The position numbers and the translations under genes were made by a program. DNA of 64,000 nt. Origin: Lama glama (lineage: Eukaryota). The first letter of the stretch is position 1. Every line of letters begins with the position of its first letter. Positions 11,331 through 24,614 of this stretch are shown here, piece by piece. The notes below the pieces were generated by a model, which saw only the letters and a list, made by a program, of their open reading frames with translations, was not told where the DNA came from and ran no database searches. The stretch is from the NCBI GenBank assembly GCA_028534125.1, contig CM052818.1:48548001-48612000 (forward strand), in the 5' to 3' direction.

Positions 11331-13774
11331 GCACACTATGCGTTTAGGAATGTGTATTTTCCTTCCCATTTTTAATGAAGTAGTGTTATTTTTTTCATTT
11401 TATATCAGAAATCATCGAGGCAGACGGGACCGGAAAATTCGCCTATCCCTTCACTCCTCGTTTTGCGGATGGCGAAAGAGCTTTCGCAAAGACTTTAGAG
11501 AGTTGCTTATGGGGACGGCTAGCTAATAGCACAGATGGAGCTGGATAAAGACCTCTGAACTTGTGCTTCAAGCTCTGACACACTGAGCTTTTTCATAAAG
11601 AGGGATTGTTGATCTTTGTTTGTTTACCCAAATGAAACTTGTTTCTAGCTAAATATTCAAAACATTGAAAAATAAAAGCACACACAAATGACAAAAATCA
11701 CTGTAATGCCTGCATCCAGAGAGAAATGCTGTTTTCTGCGCGAGTCTGGGAAATTTAGGGTCCCTCACACCAGTTTCTAACAGCGTCTATGGGAAAGGAA
11801 TGGCCTTCTTGACACGCAGGAGAAGAACCGAACAAGGACCCTGCCTCGTCTGGGGATGGACAGGTGCTCTGTCTGACGTCCCAGCGTTTTCTGACGAGGC
11901 ATCTCGGAAGAAGCAGTCCCTTTTCTCACGTGGAAAGTGAGAGCAGCTGTTTCTACCCGCCTTCTTCTCCCTCCGGCCAGACAGAGAGCGAAAGCCGCTA
12001 CTGGCCACACGCGCCACTAGCCAGACTCTGCTCAATTTGGAATTAATAAAGTTTTCAACCAAACCATTATTTCACTACATGGTGGAAAATATGCATTGAT
12101 TCCATTGCCCAAATGTTTAAATTGTTTGGCCCCGTCGTAAGCCAAGTTTAAAATGGGAATTTTTGGCAAGAGACAATCTCCTGATAAAAAGCATGTGTTG
12201 AAAAGAAAACAAAAGTAGAGTCGGAATACAGATTTTCATGCTGGGCCAGTGGACTAATCATTTATCTTGATCTGGGTATAAATCAAACCCCTCCATTGCC
12301 ATGTTGACCTACAGAATAATTTGGCCTGATTTTAGAAAACTGTAGGAGTCAACCAATTGCACACGTGGGGTGTGTGCGAGTGAGTGTTCATGGAGGTGTG
12401 TGCAAACACTCGACTTGCACACACACAGGTGTATCTGTAGACGCAGGTGTAATTACGTGTGTGTGCACACTGTGTGTGTGTGTGTGTTGAGAGTGAGACA
12501 CAGAGAGACCGACGTTTGATTCTGAGCCCCAAGATGATGCTGAGGACTGGTCTGGGGCACTGCCTGTAGCTAACAGGGGTCAAGGAGGACGGAGACACTG
12601 ACACCATGATTGCGTGCCGGACGCTGCTCCATTGTGCACATGCAGTGTCCCTAATGGGCGCAAAGCCTCTCAGGGGTTGGTCTCACTCCCTTGGCTTTTC
12701 AAGTGGGGAAGCAAGTTTAAAGAGAAAACATAACAGAGTCTCGGGCAACAAGAAGTTGAGCCCAGGTCTCCGGAAAGTCAAATCTCGTCTTTCACGGCTT
12801 TTCCCTCCTCTGCTCTGCCTCTTGCAGGGCCGGAGGGGTTTGAGCAGGTGGAGGGGGAGTGTGCAGGCAAGGAATAAGCAATAGCGTCTCGTTTAGTTCA
12901 AAGGGGACTGGGGGGCGGGTGGGTCCTACTGGGTCCTGCGGGAGGTGCGGGGAGGCAGCGCCCATGCCTGCAGGCACTTCCCGGAGTAACTGGCAGAGGA
13001 AGGGTGGGAGGGAGCATCGCTGGGACCTTCCCTTTCCGCCCAGCAGTGATACCCCTGGTGTCCTCAACATCCGGGGAGAAGCCCCTTTAACCCCTCTCTC
13101 CTCAATACGACAGTGACTTTCGGTGTTAATCGAGTACCAATCCACAATAATTATTACTTCCTTGCCTCATTCTTTGTTTTGAAAACAAACAACAGTTTAA
13201 ATAGGAGAATAAATTTTAATTTTAAAGATATGCAAATTCAGTGGTAGATCTGGACTAAAATCTGCATTTACCAAGCCAGAAACATCTCACCTCAGGATTT
13301 GTGTCATCTCACTGTTTTCAACGTTATACAGGAATGGGAACCCCAAATGCTCCTGTGGAAGGACAGAGTCAGAGGAATTCCAAGCTATGTTTCTTCCTCT
13401 TCCCAATCACAATGATGGATCTAAATTTAAATCTGAATCTACTGTTGTAATAGGACTACATAGGGCCCCCACGTGAAAAATAGCAGCCTGGCCTGGAGGG
13501 AGCCTGCCAGGTTCCAAACCATCATGACCCTGCTCAGACGCTGCCTGGGGCCAAGTGCACACGTGGGGACAGAGCCAAGAGTGGGTCCTGGGGCTCCAAG
13601 CCAGGCGACACCCCGAAGCCGTCGTACTCCCTCACTCCCAACTCAGCTTTATCATTATTATCACTAGCATTATCTTATTTTTTTCTGCCATCTACAGAAA
13701 GACAAAGAGGGAAAAGTATGCCTTTGCATTCTTCAGCACCTGGCCACACTCCATGTCTGGGGACATGTCGGGTC

Positions 13775-14650
13775 TTTTTTTTAATTATTGAAGCATAATT
13801 GATTTACAATGTTGTCTTAGCTTCAGGTGTACAGCAAAGTGATTCAATTATACATATATATTATTATTTTTCAGATTCTTTTAGATTACAGGTTATTTAC
13901 AAGATATTGAGTATAATTCCCTGTGCTATATGGTAGGGCTTTCTGTTTATCTATTTTGTATATAGTAGTTTGTGTCTGGTAATCTCAAGCTCCTAATTTA
14001 TCCCTCCCCCACCTTTCCCCTTTGGTAGCCATAAATTTGTTTTCTATGTATGTGAGTCTGTTTTTGCTTTGTAAATATGTTAATTTGTGTCATATTTTAC
14101 ATTCCACATGTAAATGATATCATATGATATTTGTCTTTGTCTGACTTACTTCATTTAGTAAAATAATCTCTAGTTCCATCTATGTTGCTGCAAATGGCAT
14201 TATTTCATTCTTTTTTATGGCTGAGTAGTATTCCATTGTATAAATATACCACAGCTTCTTTATCCAGTCATCTGTCAATGGACATTTAGGTTGTTTCCAT
14301 GTCTTGACTATTGTAAACAGTGCTGCTATGAACACTGGGGTGTGCGTATCTTTTCAAGTTAGAGTTTTCTCTGAATGTATGCCCGGGAGTGTGATTTCTA
14401 GATCATAGGGTAAGTCTATTTTTAGTTTTTTAAGGACCTGCCATACTGTTCTCCATAGTAGCTACACCAAACTACATTCCCACCAACAGTATAGGAGGGT
14501 TCCCTTTTCTCCATACCCTCTCCAGCATTTATTAATGATAGACTTTTTGATGATGGCCGTTCTGGCAGGTGGGAAGTGGTACCTCATTGGGGTTTTGATC
14601 TGCATTTCTCTGATAATGAGCGACGTGGAACGTCTTTTCACATGTCTGTT
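13775..14650 (-). mobile_element. Young cetartiodactyl/camelid LINE-1 3' end, 5'-truncated
   Basis: Poly-T then TTGAAGCATAATTGATTTACAATGTTG..., CAGTCATCTGTCAATGGACATTTAGGTTGTTTCCA, CATTCCCACCAACAGT. It is the reverse complement of the family at 43600-44445. Confidence 0.95.
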
Positions 14651-14964
14651 GTGAGGTCCTTGATTCGCTCCTCAGCGCTTGTACTGAAGGGACTCACTTG
14701 ATGTGCACAAGGCCTCCTGGCCCGTGTGCGGGGGAGACGGAGTAGAAACCCAGGGCTGCCTAATGCCAAAACTGGCGCTCTGGTCCCGTGCACCCCTGCA
14801 GGCACGTTTTGGGCACAGTGGAGAGCACAGAGAATGTGACCAACTGTAATGGCTGGACGGTCTGCTTCTGCTGGACTGTACCCCCAGCAGGCAGCCGGGC
14901 AGCCGAGCGAGACGCAGCTGATCGCCGCAGGTTTCTGCGGAAAGCCAAGGTTTAAAAGGGTCGG

Positions 14965-15107
14965 GCTGATGGGTGGCCTTGACGGTTGCACAGCAACACG
15001 AACGTCCTTAGTTCCACTGAACTGTGCACTTGAAAATAGTTTAAACAGTAAATTTTCTGTTACGTACATTTTACCATCATCTTCTAAAAAAATTAAAAGA
15101 AGAAAAA
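14965..15107 (+). mobile_element. L1MB-like 3' terminal fragment
   Basis: GACGGTTGCACAGCA...CCACTGAACTGTGCACTTGAAAAT...AAATTTT...CATTTTACCA followed by an A-rich tail. Confidence 0.75.
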
Positions 15108-15974
15108 TTAGGCCGACAGTAGGGTGAGGTATGAACTGGAGGAGAAAAACTATTCTGGTGGAGACCAGATCTTTCAGAAGAGTTTCTAGAAAGAAATGTA
15201 GTTATTCTACTTAAAAAAAAAAAATCCATGAGTATGACTTCAACAGTCAGGCATTATTAGACGCCTTCCACTCTAGGTTGGGTTTTTACTCAGGCCTGAC
15301 GTTCAGTGATTTACTGGGCCTTCCAAGGAAAGCAATAAAGTCAATTAGAGGCTTGTTTACTGAAAAAAAAATGCCTATGAGTTGCACGGAATGTTTCTGC
15401 TCTCATTGGCATTCCTGGAGCCCCTCTCGCCGGCTAGATGGGAGCCCTCCCCCTCCCCAGGAAGACAGACCCATGCCTGTTTGCCGGGTCCTCTGGGGAC
15501 AGCCCAGCCCATGCTGCCACGTGGACCCCACATTTGGAACGGTGCTTCCTATGCTGTTTGACGCTGAGCATTTTTTGTTTCTACATTTTGTCTGTATTTG
15601 CCAATAGGCTTCTTTGCTTAATTAGGAGAAAAGGTTTGGGAAACAGAATTGCACGAATCAACAGAAAATAATTGCATCTCAGATACGAGGTTTTAGGAAA
15701 ATTGTCTGCTCATCCCTCTCTCCCACTCCCTCCCTCCAGCTGTCCCCTGCCAATATGAGTCCACTGGGAAGAATATTTTAAAAGACAGTGGGTAATTAAG
15801 ATGTTTTTGGCACTGAGTAAAAGTTCCACATGATTTTTCATCATACGGTGGGTTTGAAAGTGTCCCCATGTGGCATAAGGATCCACAACTGTCAAGTGAA
15901 CTTGAAGATCAATTCAAAATCAATCTTAAAAAAAATAGCATTTTAAAGGGGGAAGCAAACTTAATAATTTAACT

Positions 15975-16095
15975 TAATCTCCCCATTTGACAGATGAGCA
16001 GACTGAGGCATGGAGGGATTAACTGACCATCCACAGAACTAGCCAGTGACAGAGAGAATAAAAACCACGTGCCCAGCATCCTGAGTTCAGCTACT
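15975..16095 (-). mobile_element. MIR SINE fragment
   Basis: CCCCATTTGACAGATGAGCAGACTGAGGC core. Confidence 0.75.
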
Positions 16096-16329
16096 GTTTA
16101 TTTTATGGAAGAAGAATAAAATCTGCTCATTGTTTATTTCACGGTTGTAAAAAAGGCATGTGTTCAAAATGACAACACATTTAAATTATGAGCATAATTA
16201 TAAAATCACTACACTGCATCAACATAATAGTATTAATACAAGAGTAAGGGAGTTTGACAATAAATAAAAGGCAACTTAAAATTGAGAAACCCAAAGCGGG
16301 AGGAGAAGCTGAGAACATGGAAACGTGTC

Positions 16330-17290
16330 ACTCATTCATTATTTATTTATGCAGGTACAGGGACCTTCAGTCTGTTGACACTGACATGAGGATGAATAAA
16401 ACTGTTCTAAGCCCCCGTGTTCAGCAGGAAACAGAACCCAACAGAGACGTCTGACATGCATAATGTGGCCCTTCTTGGCAGTTTTGCAGAAACAGAGAGG
16501 ACTCGATCCTGGAAAGCATCTCTGGAAAGAAGCAACATTGGCTGGGTTTCAGTGGTTCAGATCCAAAGCTCCAGGGTCCAGTGGGCACTGACACTTGGGA
16601 GGTGAAGACAATCTAGTCTCTGCCCTCAAGGAGTCTGCAGTCTAGAGGGGCAGGCAGAGATGCGAAGACAAGTTCATACCATGCGTGTCCGGGAGGAGGC
16701 CCCGTGCAGGGCAGCCTAGGGAGGGTTCCAGAACCAGCCTCTTCCTGGGAAAGGAGTGGCCCCCAGGGAGTCTTGAAGAACACGGAGTGAGTTAGGGCTC
16801 GTGTGTATCTTCCAGCAGGAGGATGAAAGGACAAAGGGGGACACAAGGCTTTCTCAGACTCTGGGGTGTGACAGGAGGGGCAAGAAAGCAGGGCAGGGGC
16901 TGGGTCATGGAGAGCGCCCTGAGGACAGGTGCCACCAAGGTGTGGGGCAGACAGACAAGACTCGTACCTCGACCCAGCCACTTAGATGAGGGAGCGGTCT
17001 CAGGAATGGCCGGGCAGCTCCTGAGCCAGGAGGCTGAGGGACGAGGTGACAAAGTTCCAGCATGACACAGTAAAACCGCTCATAAGCTCAGTGGCCATGG
17101 AGACGGAAAGGAAAGGAGAGATTTTAATTCTAAAAACATGCGTGATGCTTTATAGGATGTGAAGGAAGTGGGATTTGGGGGGAGCTCTGTTATATTTCTC
17201 ACTCGATGGATGGATGTGAGGTCATGGGACTGAGATGAGAGGAAAAGGTATTTGGAGATGAGATAAAGGCTTTGGTGATCAAATCAGGCT
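16330..17290 (-). mobile_element. L2 LINE fragments
   Basis: CACTCATTCATT tail, TCTCTGCCCTCAAGGAGTCTGCAGTCTAGAGGGG (16617-16650) and purine-rich antisense L2 text. Confidence 0.55.
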
Positions 17291-17849
17291 ACGGGGCAGT
17301 ACATGTGATGCAATGTGACGGATTGAACAAGGTTTGCCATGTGAAAGGTTCTGTTCATTCACTATAAAGAACTAGCAGGGCCACCAATGGTAAGGTTGAT
17401 AACTAATTTCAGTAACGATTAAATTAAATCAAACATTTTACCAAGCATCTCCTATGAGTGCCCAGCCTCGAGGGACAGTGTTACTATCGCAACTCAAGAA
17501 GTGTCTTCAGATTTTAAGAAATTAAAAAAAAAAACAAAAAGCCGGTGATTGAACGAGAAAAGTCAAAGTCCCAAATCCCAAGTTCTTCCCAGTGCCGCAC
17601 ATTTTAATATCATATGTCTGAATGTCATCCGTGATTTTGTAAGCTGTCTTACCTGTGTCATGCGACTCATGGAAGGCCCTTTAAAGATCTACCCAACACC
17701 CCATGGTGGGTGGGGTCACAAGATCAGGAGCAGCCAAGGTGGCCCCGGCTGCCCCTCCAGCCCTTTGGGGTCTCCAGACTCCAAATTCAGCAGCGTCCTA
17801 ATGGGCTCCTGGGTGTCACCAGGGCTTGCGTCTCGTGGGCTCACAGTCC

Positions 17850-18540
17850 TGCCAGCCCCCCTAAGGTGCCCGCCCCCTGCTCTCTCCTCCCCTGGCTCCT
17901 GGTTGTGAGTCTGGCCCGGCCTCCACCCTCCTGGGCCGCAGCGTGCTCCTAGGAAGCTTCCCCCACGGCTGCCGGCCCAGCCCGGGCCTCCTGCCGTGCG
18001 GCCTCCGCCCTCTACCCGACTCTGCCCTGCTGGGTGAGGCCCAGCGCATCCGCCCAGCGCTGCGGACATCCTGCAGAAGCCGCGTCCCCCGCCTCAGCGG
18101 GGGGCAGGACAGGCGTGCGGCCGCCGGACCTGGGTCAGGATCACGGCCGCCTGCCCCTTCACCAGGAACAAGCTCCGTCCCACGCCCGGACCAAGCGTCC
18201 TCGGTCTGAGTCTGCGAGCAGCCGCCTGGGCCGCGGCTCCCGCTCCTCTCCCCTCCTGCTCAGGCTGAATTTCGTCTGAGGCTCCGCCGGAACTCCGGCA
18301 GGTCAGTGTCACTGACCACCCCGGACAATCAGTCACCAGGTCCTCCTGCCTCGTCCGCTGCCGCGTTCTCAGTGCCTTGTTTTCATATCCCCTAGCGCCC
18401 TCCAACGTTTCTCACTACTTTTGACGTTGTACTTGTGGTGCGCCTTCCCCGGGGCATCACCTCCACGCAGGGCCCGCTGCGGTGTCACCAGTGCCTCCTG
18501 CCTGCATCCACACCAGATGCTCAGTGGATGACCTGTTGAG
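17850..18540 (+). mobile_element. GC/CpG-enriched decayed L2 3' region
   Basis: Ends with an L2-like terminus (CACCAGTGCCT...CCAGATGCTCAGTGGATGACCTGTTGA). Very GC-rich. Confidence 0.45.
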
Positions 18541-18635
18541 AGGACACCCTGGCAATGATGGAATTGAGCCCACAGGTGATCAACAGGTGAAATTTATCCA
18601 GCGTCTCGAGCTCACAGGTGGTTGAACTTCAAGTT

Positions 18636-18997
18636 CAGTTGACCCTGGAACCATGAGGGGTTGGGGTGCCCATCCCTGCACACAAATGAAAACATGAGTA
18701 TAATTTTTGAATCCCCCAAAACTTAACTACAGATATCCTACTGTCCGACAGAAGCCTTTCAAATAGCATAAACAGTCAATGCGCACAAATTTTGTGTTAT
18801 ATGTATGTTTACCCATATTTTATTAATTTGTGACATATCTTTTTTTCTTTTCAATATTTCCAGGATACACAGTTCATCTGCTAGTGTTTTCAAACTGTAG
18901 CAAATCTCAAAAAAAAAAGTCCAATGTATTTACTGAAAAGAACCCGCATGTAAGTGGACCCGCACAGTTCAAAGCCGTATTGCTCAAAGGTCAGCTG
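18636..18997. mobile_element. Tigger2a/MER28-like TcMar non-autonomous DNA transposon
   Basis: TIRs CAGTTGACCCTGGAACCAT ... TATTGCTCAAAGGTCAGCTG. Internal TCCCCCAAAACTTAACTAC and GTAAGTGGACCCGCACAGTTCAAA. Confidence 0.9.
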
Positions 18998-19139
18998 TCT
19001 GTTGTCTTGCGAGCCCCTTGAGAACCCGGCTAAGGATGCAGCTTACCTTGACTCCACCACGGCCCTGACTATCAGAAACGTTCACTCGCTTACCTCAGGT
19101 TCTCAGCCCCGGATGTGAGTTGAATTCAGGGCTCCTGGC

Positions 19140-19167
19140 TTCAGGATTCGGGATTCGGGATTCAGGA
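19140..19167. repeat. 7-bp tandem repeat (TTCRGGA)4
   Basis: TTCAGGA TTCGGGA TTCGGGA TTCAGGA. Confidence 0.9.
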
Positions 19168-20079
19168 CTGATGTGGCCCCAACAATCCTGCTCTAAATGA
19201 GGCTGCAAGGGTCCCACAGCTACTTAAGCAGCTGGGCTCCAATGCTGTTCCTTTCCTGGTGGGCCTCGTCCCACTGCCCCAGACCTCTTCCCAAGGGGAC
19301 TCAGAACCCCTCGGACCAAAACCACTGGGGCCAGGGAAAGTGTTCCAGAACATCCCCCAACCAAACCCTCCGAAAACACGAGATGCGAGGACACATTATT
19401 TGGAATAAAGAATCACAGGCAATGGGACCCCAGCTATCTGTGTGCTGACATCTTAAATATCATTTGTTACTCACAGGCGATACCAAAGTGTGTGGCTGGG
19501 AAAGCTGGTGCTATACGCAGCCACTAAGATGTGTGTGTTTGCTTTTTTTTTTTAACCACCTAAATAAATCTTCAGTTGTAGGATTTGACTTGCCTGAGTG
19601 ACTCTGCCTGACCAGGGGCATCCTCCCTCACCTGCTCCTCCAAACATCTTCCAAAGCCAGGTCCCCACCCCAGGGAGTGTTGGTGGTGAGGTTTTTTTTT
19701 TTAAATCATCACTGTGTTGGTTTTTCCCATTGCTGACTTCGCATAAATGGGCTCCATCCTTTGCCACTAATCTGACCAGGCTAAGCTAAGAGTGCTCAAT
19801 ACAGATTGTTTTGCGTTGTAATTTACAGGACGATTGCTTGGGATGAAAGGGCATGTGTCTCCCGTCCGGACTTCTCTCATCCTGGGACACCCTCAGACAC
19901 AAGATGTTACATCACCGTGGGATTCTTTCCTGAAAACCCGTTAATGAATTTTTGTAAAAAGTCGTGTTACAGGGGCTCGCATGGTCTTTTCATAGTTTGC
20001 TGTAGAAGATTTTAGTTGTCTCTTCAATCTTCTCCCTGGTCTTTCCATTTCTAATTTCGAGGCTTAGGAGTGACTTCTG

Positions 20080-21700
20080 AGAGTCAAAAGGAAGCACGGG
20101 CAAGTCGAGGATGAAAGAAGCGAAGCGATACGGTCCCATGAGCGCGAGTGCCTGGCAGCTGAGTCTGACAGAGCCGTCTTCTCTTGTATCAGCGTTTTGC
20201 AGCCCTGCTGAAAAGAGACTCTCCAGCGTCCCCGGCGCCCGCTGCCCGCGCTTGGGTTTTTACGGGGCGCTTTCATCGAGAGCACATAAACCTCCCGTGC
20301 TTTCTTGGGAAGCCTTGCCCGGGCCTCTCCTCGGCTGAGGGAGGAGTCAGGGGGCGCCTGCCCGGAGGAAAGGGTCGGACTGACTTGCATGAAGCCGCCC
20401 CAGGCCAGTGTCGCTCCGCAACCCAGTCCGGAAGGAGGAGCAAGGCACCTGCCAGCAGCCCAGACGGCAGACCCCTCAGGGCCGCCCGCCGCGGCCTCTG
20501 CAGGGAGAGAGCCCCGAAGGCAATTCCAGGGCGTGGAGGCAGGAGGTCTGCAGTCTTCCTGAGGCGCGCACTGCGACCTGTCTGCAGGCTCCCCCGGGCT
20601 GGGCGCCCCCTTCTCTCTGGGCGTTTCTCCTCCGCGGCCGGGGCTCCCCGAGGTGGACGCACACCGTGGGCACCTCACGCCGCTGCTTCTCGAGGGCCCC
20701 GTGAGTGAAGGAGCTGCCCGCTTCACAGGTGTGGAAGGAGAGCTTCAGAGTTGTCACATACCTTTCACGCCGACGGGGAAGGACGTGATGGTGACATCTG
20801 CCCCGGGCTGGCCTTTGTGTGGGCGGTGCAGGAACGTGGACCAGCTCTTTCTGATCTCAGAGGCAGTCTTCTCCTCCTGGATAAAGAAATGGAGTCTGGG
20901 AGGGGGGACTGCTTGAGATGACACGGCCAGTTAAAGGGGCAAAGCTGTGGCAGAGCCCAGACCCCGACTCCGAGCTCGCCGCCCTTCCCGCCTCACACCA
21001 CTGCTTCTGGAAGGTGGCAGCCTGCCCCGCGTCGCGGCAGCCATCTCACACACCTCCCCCCGCACCACACCGCGGAGCCTGCGTGCAGGAGGTGCTCAGG
21101 CGGTGCCGAGCACGTACATGAATGACGACTTACATGGGTGTGGACGGGCGGGTGAGCACACGATGACTGTGCCTGTAAACTGAACGGGATCCTGAAACTC
21201 ACAGGATCTTGTAATTCACCAAAGTCACTTCTCAAGGGAAGTAACACGCCAGCCAAAACATCGCCCTCCCGCCCCTCACAAGGCACCTGAAGGCGGCAGG
21301 CAGCCGGATGAGAGCTGCACCCGCCTCGTGCGTCTGCCCCAGCCCCCGTCCCTCCCGCCCCAGCGCGTGGGACGTCCCGAGACGCAGCCGCAGTGGGTAA
21401 ACAAAGACGCGCGAAAAGAGCGCGTGGTGTGACTCCGAGTCTGAGCTCACGGCAGCGACGAGCCCCGCTCGCTTTCTGTTTGCTGCAGGAACATATGCGA
21501 GGAACAGAATGTTGTGCGCTCTGGAGGGCCTCCAACTCAAACCCTTCCCAGCCGGATTGCAAGTGCAGGCAAACTCTGATCCAAGTGAACGAGATCGCTG
21601 GACAGCAGCGCGTCCCCCTCTGTGGTGCGCCGCGGAGTTCCCCCCCTCCGAGAGTTTCTGGAATGTCCTCGGCTCCCCCTTGACTCATGCCTTCGTCAGG
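20080..21700. promoter_or_regulatory. CpG-island-like region
   Basis: High GC with dense CpG by eye and no recognisable repeat. GC box CCGCCC motifs, GTAAACAAA (21397-21405) and GCGCGAAA (21409-21416). O/E was not computed. Confidence 0.5.
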
Positions 21701-21939
21701 CTGGTGTCTTCGCTGTCGAGAACATGGCAGCGGCTGCAGCCTGTCCTTGGAAGTATGCTCCTCACCCTCTTCAACAGTGCTTCCAGGCAGGTCTTTCTAG
21801 AACGTCATTTGATCCCGTCATTCTCTTACTCCAAATCCTTCCGAGGTGCCTATGAGAGAACTTTAGAAGCTGTGCAGGAGTAAGAATTGCCAGAAGAGCC
21901 TCAGCTGTGTTTCTTTTTATTCGAGAGGTAACATCAAAG

Positions 21940-22130
21940 ACTGAAATCTAGACTGCGAAGCCACACTGCCTGGCGTGCAGCCTCAGCTCTGCTGCTCCAA
22001 GCGATGTGGCCTCGGGGACGTTATCTGCCTGCACCTGGAGATCAGGGTCGCAGCAGGACGTACCTCCTGGGCTGCTGTGAGGACGAGCTGCGTCGAAGCC
22101 CAGCACGGACCCAGCGTGGTGTTACTATTA
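21940..22130 (+). mobile_element. MIR SINE (GC-shifted)
   Basis: AGACTGCGAAGCCACACTGCCTGG...CCTCAGCTCTGC...TGTGGCCTCGGG...GCTGCTGTGAGGA follows the MIR layout. Confidence 0.65.
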
Positions 22131-23799
22131 GCGTGGTAGCCACACGGTCATCCTGGTAAGGAAAAGTTCATTTCTCTGAGTCCCAGGCTAAGAGAATTTT
22201 CCATCCCAGTAATTGCCAGGGCTCCCTGCCACAGTTCGGGGTTTGTGGAGATACTGGGACTGTGTATCTTACAGAAGAATGGGCTCCTGGACACAGGGCT
22301 ACAGGGCGCCATTGTGTGCTCAGAGATCCTGCTGCCCGGCAGCCTGAGGCCCCGCCGCCAGCCCCCCTGCCCCACGGCCGGGCTGCGAGCCTCCCCTGCC
22401 AGCCCCCAGCATCTTCTTTCCCTCGGTCTCTTGTCCATGCTGTCACTTCTCTGAGGCTCAGCCTGCTCCCTGAGAGTCCGGGAGGGCCAAGACTCACCCC
22501 TCTACTTGTTTGGGGCACACAGGACCTTGGTCCTAAGGTTAATACTTGGTTTTGCCTGAATTTTTTTTGACTCAAAGATCTATTAGTCCTTGTGAGATAC
22601 TTAAGTGCAAAGTGGGAGAAGAAAATTTCTCTCATTATTTCAGATTATTCTACAATGCGACAAGAAGAAAAGACAAATTGGCATCTCTGGTCCTGTGAAA
22701 ATACCTGGGTTAGACTTGGGCCACTTCCTCCAAAGCACACCCAGAACACCACTTACCTGCCCATCCTGAACACCAGGCGACTGTACCATCACACCTGCAA
22801 TGCTCTCTGCCTCCCCTTCTCGGACTGGCGAACTCCTAGCCATCCTTCAAAACCCTTAGTAAATGCTCCATCCTTGGAAATTTCTTCTCAAAGAATGATT
22901 TCCTTCCTTCCCCCAGACTTTCCTCCAATATTACTGGTGGCCAAAGCAAAGGGCAAGTTCCACAGGTTACACAACTCTCTCTGGCCAAATAAAACCAGTA
23001 AGCTACTGAGAGCAGCACATTCATGTCTGCAGAGGGCCAAGCTCCCAGACCCTCTTTACCCAGCACCATGCAGAGCAAGCCCCAGGATCTCTGTTCCCTT
23101 TGTTCTTAGTTTTTGCCTGACTAACTTACATTCCTGGCCTCGCAAGGTAGCCAAAATTGCTGATGAATCCTGTCTTCTTGTTACTGAAGATAGCCAGGTC
23201 CAAACATTCAGCCCTCAGTGGTCATATTTGTATTCAAAGAAATGGGGCTTCTTCCTCTGGAGTCGCTGATGGTTCCCGAGGCCTGGAGTGCCCCCCAACC
23301 CCACTCCGAGCCTTTGCTCCCCCTGCAAGGATGCTTCAAGCCAGGCTGCAAGGCAGCTTCTGGGCAGGCAGGTAGGAAGAGCTGGATAAATATTAACCCC
23401 CCTCCATCCCTCCGGCCAAACGTCACAGTTACTCTGGTGCCTCCTCCATCCCCGGGTCAGGCCATCATTGCCATGTTCAGGGCCAGGGTGGTTTTGTCCT
23501 TTAACGGCCCCGGCCGGATGGATGGGGGGTCCTTGCCCTGCGAGGGGGCCCTGTTGCTCCTTTCCCGAGCAGGCTTGTTCTGGCTGCAGAGAAGCTGCCA
23601 CTGCTTGGAAGGTGCGTGATGCCGTGATGGCTGCTTCTTACCCTGAGGCTCTCACCCGGCGCGGGAGCAGCGGACTGCAGGAGAGCAACCAGGGGGTGAC
23701 TCGAGAGCACCTTCCTTCTTTGAATGTTTGTTCCCAGCAGTCTAGTAAGCACATCGTGCTTCTGCTAATGGACTAAGACCCATCGCCCCCTATTTTTCA

Positions 23800-23933
23800 C
23801 TTTATTTTTTATTTTATTTGGGGGGTCAGGTGATTCAGTTTTTATTTATTTATTCATATGCAGGGACGGGGGATTGGACCCAGGAGCTCGTGCATGCTAA
23901 GCGCAAGCTCTACCACCGAGCCCCACCCTCCCC
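23800..23933 (-). mobile_element. tRNA-Ala-derived SINE (camelid Vic-1-like)
   Basis: Minus strand GGGGAGGGTGGGGCTCGGTGGTAGAGCTTGCGCTTAGCATGCACGAGCTCCTGGGTCCAATCCCCC followed by a bipartite A-rich tail. Confidence 0.9.
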
Positions 23934-23989
23934 CACCAGTCACCCCTGTTGTTACGCAGCAAAGTAACATTGTCACAAGGCTCTCACCC

Positions 23990-24115
23990 CCCCTTAACTC
24001 CCACTGTGACCCTGTGAGTCAGGCAAGGAAACAGCCTCCGCCCCCATTCCAGAGAGAGAGAAACTGAGGCACTGAGTGGTTAGGTGACTTGTTCAGGTGA
24101 CTTGGAAAAGCTGGC
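23990..24115 (-). mobile_element. MIR SINE fragment
   Basis: GAGAAACTGAGGCACTGAGTGGTTAGGTGACTTG core. Confidence 0.75.
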
Positions 24116-24614
24116 AGGAAAAATAGTCGTCTAATAGTTCCTGATTTTTTTTTTAATTACACCACGCTGAAATAAAAAAAAAATTGTCTTCCAGTTTCTA
24201 TAAAACTATTTTCTGAAAATGCATTATAATGGTAATAGTTACCTATGCTATAAAGGCCGGCTACAAACCAGGTACACTTTTTACATCGTGTCTCTTCCTC
24301 AGGGGCATTCTAGAACGTACATGTTTTTACAACCTGCAGGACTTTAAATCTCAGAGAAGTAAAAAGACCTGTTGAAAGTCACAGGCCAGCAGACGAGAGA
24401 AGCTGGGTTTATAGATAAACCTCTGCCATCCCCACAGCCCCCCGACAGCCCCCACCCAGCCCCACCCAGTGTCGGCCTCCTGCAGCCCCACTGGGCCTGG
24501 GAGGGAGGGGCTAGACCCAGGAGGGTGGTCTCGTGGCGGTTTGGACACCTGCGCTGGCCTGGCAGGGGCAGGGCTCTGGGAGTCCAGCGGTGGACAGAGC
24601 TGTCAGCGCCGCCC

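Noticed and set aside
18623..18637. TGAACTT-C-AAGTTCA palindrome at the Tigger boundary
   Set aside because: Only 7-bp arms, partly contributed by the TIR. The 3-nt everted spacing is not a standard nuclear-receptor element.
20064..23269. ORFs of 220, 231 and 225 aa
   Set aside because: Non-ATG starts and no family resemblance. The first two are stop-poor because of high GC, and the third overlaps repeat-like sequence.
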